From assembly GCA_963827275.1 (NCBI GenBank), contig CAWHAA010000006.1:249144-313143 (forward strand): a stretch of 64,000 bases of DNA, read 5' to 3'. Source of the DNA: an uncultured Spirochaetota bacterium. Lineage in GTDB: Bacteria > Spirochaetota > UBA4802 > UBA5550. Position numbers and translations under genes: made by a program. Below are positions 61,140 to 64,000 of this stretch, in pieces. Position 1 is the first letter of the stretch. Each line of letters begins with the position of its first letter. Below the pieces are notes generated by a model, which was given only the letters and a program-made list of their open reading frames with translations, had not been told where the DNA came from and made no database searches.

Positions 61140-61484
61140 TTAGTCTATCAGAGAACGTACTTTTGCGATTAATTCATCCATCGTCTCTTCATTTAAACAA
61201 TCAATGAATTCAGCATTACGAGTTTTCCAATCCAGGCTTTTAATTTGGTCTGAGAGAATTACACCGTTGATTTCGGATCTTGATTGAACAGTAACTTCAA
61301 ATGGGTAACCTTTTACCTTTGACGTTATTGGACAGAAAAGTGCGAGATTTGTTTTGGCATTATATGTCTTGGGAGAAATCACCACTGCCGGTCTTCTCCC
61401 ACGCTGTTCATGCCCTGATTGTGGTGTAAAATCCAGCCACACCATGTCTCCTCGCCCGGGAATATATGATTTTGACTTTACCAT
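61140..61484 (-). CDS. mazF: MazF/PemK toxin
   Basis: RGDMVWLDF.PQSGHEQRGRRPA, CPITS, YPFEV and DQIKSLDW motifs. Confidence 0.95.
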   Translation of the reverse strand: MVKSKSYIPGRGDMVWLDFTPQSGHEQRGRRPAVVISPKTYNAKTNLALFCPITSKVKGYPFEVTVQSRSEINGVILSDQIKSLDWKTRNAEFIDCLNEETMDELIAKVRSLID

Positions 61485-61717
61485 GATTCATTACCGGTTG
61501 AAGCGCCGCTGTCGGTCTCTGAATGGAGATTCGTACGCTTAATGCCCCGGAGCAGGTCATCAAGTTTATATTGTTTTTTTACCGGCTTGACAACCAACGA
61601 TTCATTGGTCACTTTAATATCCGCTACTGTGCCATTAGTAATTCCAGCATCCTTGGCATATGAAGAAGGAATTCGGATAGCCAGGCTATGTCCCCATTTT
61701 TGTACTTTTACTTTCAT
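61478..61717 (-). CDS. mazE: MazE/AbrB antitoxin
   Basis: VQKWGHSLAIRIP and YKLDDLL motifs. Confidence 0.92.
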   Translation of the reverse strand: MKVKVQKWGHSLAIRIPSSYAKDAGITNGTVADIKVTNESLVVKPVKKQYKLDDLLRGIKRTNLHSETDSGASTGNESW

Positions 61718-61824
61718 GGCACTACTCTTTTCTAATGTATCTTCTTTGAATATACATTTTAATCATGGTTGGTCAAGTATTTATTTGTGTTGCTCGTAAA
61801 ATTTATTTTAATTACTATTGAAAA

Positions 61825-62019
61825 TCCAAATCATGAAATCCAGCAGGATATCATCGATAACCTGGTTCGAATACTGTCTTCCCGGGGGAGCATGGGCGCT
61901 TTTCGAACTCCGGGAAGCGCCTTTTTTTTATTTTCCGACCATTTTATGCAATTATTGAAAAAATGGTTGGTTCGAATACTGTCTTCCCGCAGCATTACGA
62001 TAAGACTCGAACTCCTTTA
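61825..62019 (+). repeat. Cassette-boundary repeat copy 3 (modules A and B)
   Basis: Same as copy 1, but retains the tRNA-identical CCGGGGGAGCAT. Confidence 0.93.
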
Positions 62020-62126
62020 ATAACTTTTCATTTAATCCCACTATGAAGACCCTCGATGCGGAGAAAAAGTTCCCAAATTGGGAATTTCTTCTTGACGATG
62101 TTCGTCCCGGACTACTACTTTAACTT

Positions 62127-62429
62127 ATGAGGATAATTGCTAAAAGAACGATTGTCGAATTCTATAAGGACAAGCCGGAGTATTCTGACGCAAAGGGACA
62201 GCTTGAAGCCTGGTACGCTGAGGTTCGATCCGCACACTGGAAAAATCCGTCAGATGTGAAAGCCCTGTACCGAAGCGCCAGCATATTAAAATCCAACCGC
62301 ATTGTTTTTAACATATGCGGAAACAAATATCGATTGATCGTGAAGGTAAATTATCCGGCACAAATCGTTTTTATACGATTCATCGGCACTCACAAGCAAT
62401 ATGATTCAGTCAACGCCGAGGAGATTTAA
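62127..62429 (+). CDS. higB: HigB-family mRNA interferase toxin
   Basis: MRIIAKRT, RIVFNICGNKYRLIV and IRFIGTHKQYD motifs; TTCCCAA-A-TTGGGAA palindrome and TTGACG upstream. Confidence 0.92.
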   Translation: MRIIAKRTIVEFYKDKPEYSDAKGQLEAWYAEVRSAHWKNPSDVKALYRSASILKSNRIVFNICGNKYRLIVKVNYPAQIVFIRFIGTHKQYDSVNAEEI

Positions 62430-62431
62430 TT

Positions 62432-62789
62432 ATGAATATCAAACCGATCAAAAACAAAAAAGACTATGATGGCGCACTTAAAAGAATTGAGTCACTCATG
62501 GATGCAAAACGCAATTCTCCCGATTTTGACGAACTCGAAGTGCTTTCAATACTCGTTGAAAAATATGAAGATGAACACTTCCCTATCAAATCGCCTGATC
62601 CAATTGAATCTATAAAATTCAGAATGGAGCAGATGGGGTTATCCCAAAGTGATCTTGTGCCAGTCATAGGGAGCAGGTCAAAGGTATCAGAAGTGTTATC
62701 CGGGAAAAGAAGCTCTTTCTGTCAGGATGATACGTGCCCTGCACGATACGTTGAAAATTCCGGCTGACGTGCTGATTCAGGTGAAATAA
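62432..62789 (+). CDS. higA: HigA-family HTH antitoxin (apparent frameshift near 62712)
   Basis: IKPIK, LVEKYE, PDPIESIKFRMEQ and SEVLSGKR, continuing in another frame as LSVRMIRALHDTLKIPADVLI. Confidence 0.85.
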
Positions 62790-62800
62790 CCGTCTACATC

Positions 62801-63100
62801 ATGAATATAACAAAAAGAAAACCTGTGCATCCGGGGATCGTGCTTCTTGAAGATGTTATCAAGCCTCTTAATCTGACCATCACCAAGGCTTCTGAGTGTA
62901 TGGGAATATCCAGGAAAACCCTATCTGAGCTGGTGCATGGTCATTGTGTACTAACGCCCGAAATGGCCGTTCGAATAGGAGAAGCCACAGGTACCACCCC
63001 GGAAAGCTGGCTGGAAATGCAAAACAGGCTTTCTCTATGGGAAGCCAAACAGCATAAACCCCGAGTCAAACTATTGGCTGATATGTGTTGTGAAGCATGA
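62801..63100 (+). CDS. HigA/VapI-family addiction module antidote (orphan)
   Basis: PVHPGIVL, ISRKTLSEL, TPEMAVR and ESWLEMQ motifs. Confidence 0.88.
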   Translation: MNITKRKPVHPGIVLLEDVIKPLNLTITKASECMGISRKTLSELVHGHCVLTPEMAVRIGEATGTTPESWLEMQNRLSLWEAKQHKPRVKLLADMCCEA

Positions 63101-63139
63101 TAGATTTTAATCCTGTTTAGTATCCCACCATCCACATCA

Positions 63140-64000
63140 CCCCCGCCGTATCCCACCCGACGCAGCCCGACCCGGCGAGGACACCCGCCCCTGGCCCGTG
63201 GTCCTGCTCACCGCACTGGGACTGGCTGGCGGTGATTCCCCCTGATCGCCGTCATCGGCATGCTTCTGGGGACTGGATCGCCCGGGACCTCGGCGACTGC
63301 CTGATCGGGGGCCTGATCCTGGCCGGGGCCCTGGTCACCCTGCGCTCCCGAGGCCTGCCCCTGTTCGTGGAGCAGCTTGCCGTCCCGGCACTGCTGGTGG
63401 CTGGGAGCCTGGGCTTCGCCGTGGGGCGCGACCTGCCGAACGCCCTGGCGGCAGTAGCTCGGGGCCCTCGCACTGGCGCTGGCGGCGGCCCTGCCGGCCT
63501 GGTTGGGGTCCTCTTGGGGGCGGCGGCGGCCAGCCTGCTGACACTCGCCCTGATTCTGGCCCTGGAGGCCCGGACTGAGCCTTTGATGGCTCTGTGGGAG
63601 GGTCGGCATGCGGGCTGGGTCGCCCTGCACTGGCCCCTGGGGCCTGGCTGATCGGGCTCTGGGCTCAGCGGAATCTGCTGGGGCAGGGGGCGACCGCGGG
63701 CGCGGCCTCCGCCTCTGAGGCCATGGAGCCGGCTGGCTCCTGGCCGTCCTCGCCGGGCTCGCCCTGCACTCGGGCATGACCATGCTGGTGGGTGCGAGCA
63801 TCGATCCCATGCTTCGGGACCTGGCACAGGGGCTGAACGGGCGCCGCGGTTGGCTGGGCCTTCCCCTGGGCGCCGGCGGGATCGACCGTGCTGGTCTTGG
63901 CCGCGACCCTGTGGGGCGCCCGCGCCTGGCCTGGCCTGGGCCGGCCCTGGGTCCTGGGGGTCGGGGTCGGCATGGCCGCGCTCGCCTGGAGCAATGCGTG
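63140..64000 (+). other. Very GC-rich segment encoding frameshifted fragments of a membrane protein (DUF4401-like, from memory); probably foreign or chimeric sequence
   Basis: Abrupt composition shift; fragments RPWPVVLLTALG and LPLFVEQLAVPALLV lie in different frames. Confidence 0.5.

Noticed and set aside
59163..62019. Classical integron attC sites
   Set aside because: There are no RYYYAAC...GTTRRRY ends (the boxes are GTTCGAA and TCGAAC) and no intI is in view. A covariance-model search is still needed to exclude this formally.
59977..62020. Short ORFs 59977-60165 and 61769-62020 as genes
   Set aside because: They run through the boundary repeats and terminators in different frames in different copies.

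Overview
Bases 1-58,000 are housekeeping genome from a moderately GC-rich, probably anaerobic bacterium; the gene content suggests Spirochaetota, which is an inference. This part holds hisBHA, a GAF-GGDEF cyclase, rplU-prp-rpmA-obgE-proB and a complete siroheme-dependent (Ahb) heme cluster. It also holds ispF, recJ, an RNase H-like gene, queA, xerD, a TolC/MFP/ABC set, recG, ftsH, tilS, pgm, ybeY, phoH, aspS, secA, hflX, nadA and three tRNAs. The unusual part is the AT-rich island at 58,180-63,140. It begins with seven ~78-bp tandem copies of a truncated tRNA-Asn in which the 5' strand of the anticodon arm is replaced by a TCCCGAC-N3-GTCGGGA hairpin. These are followed by the intact tRNA-Asn, a terminator and a small GIY-YIG nuclease gene whose stop codon lies inside another hairpin-substituted tRNA-Asn copy. 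Next comes an array of four unrelated type II toxin-antitoxin cassettes plus an orphan antitoxin, separated by conserved ~110-200 bp repeats built from the tRNA 3' end and inverted GTTCGA boxes; no integrase is adjacent. At ~63,140 the sequence switches abruptly to very GC-rich DNA, probably a chimeric join. Scattered frameshifts in aspS, secA and higA point to sequencing errors in this assembly.
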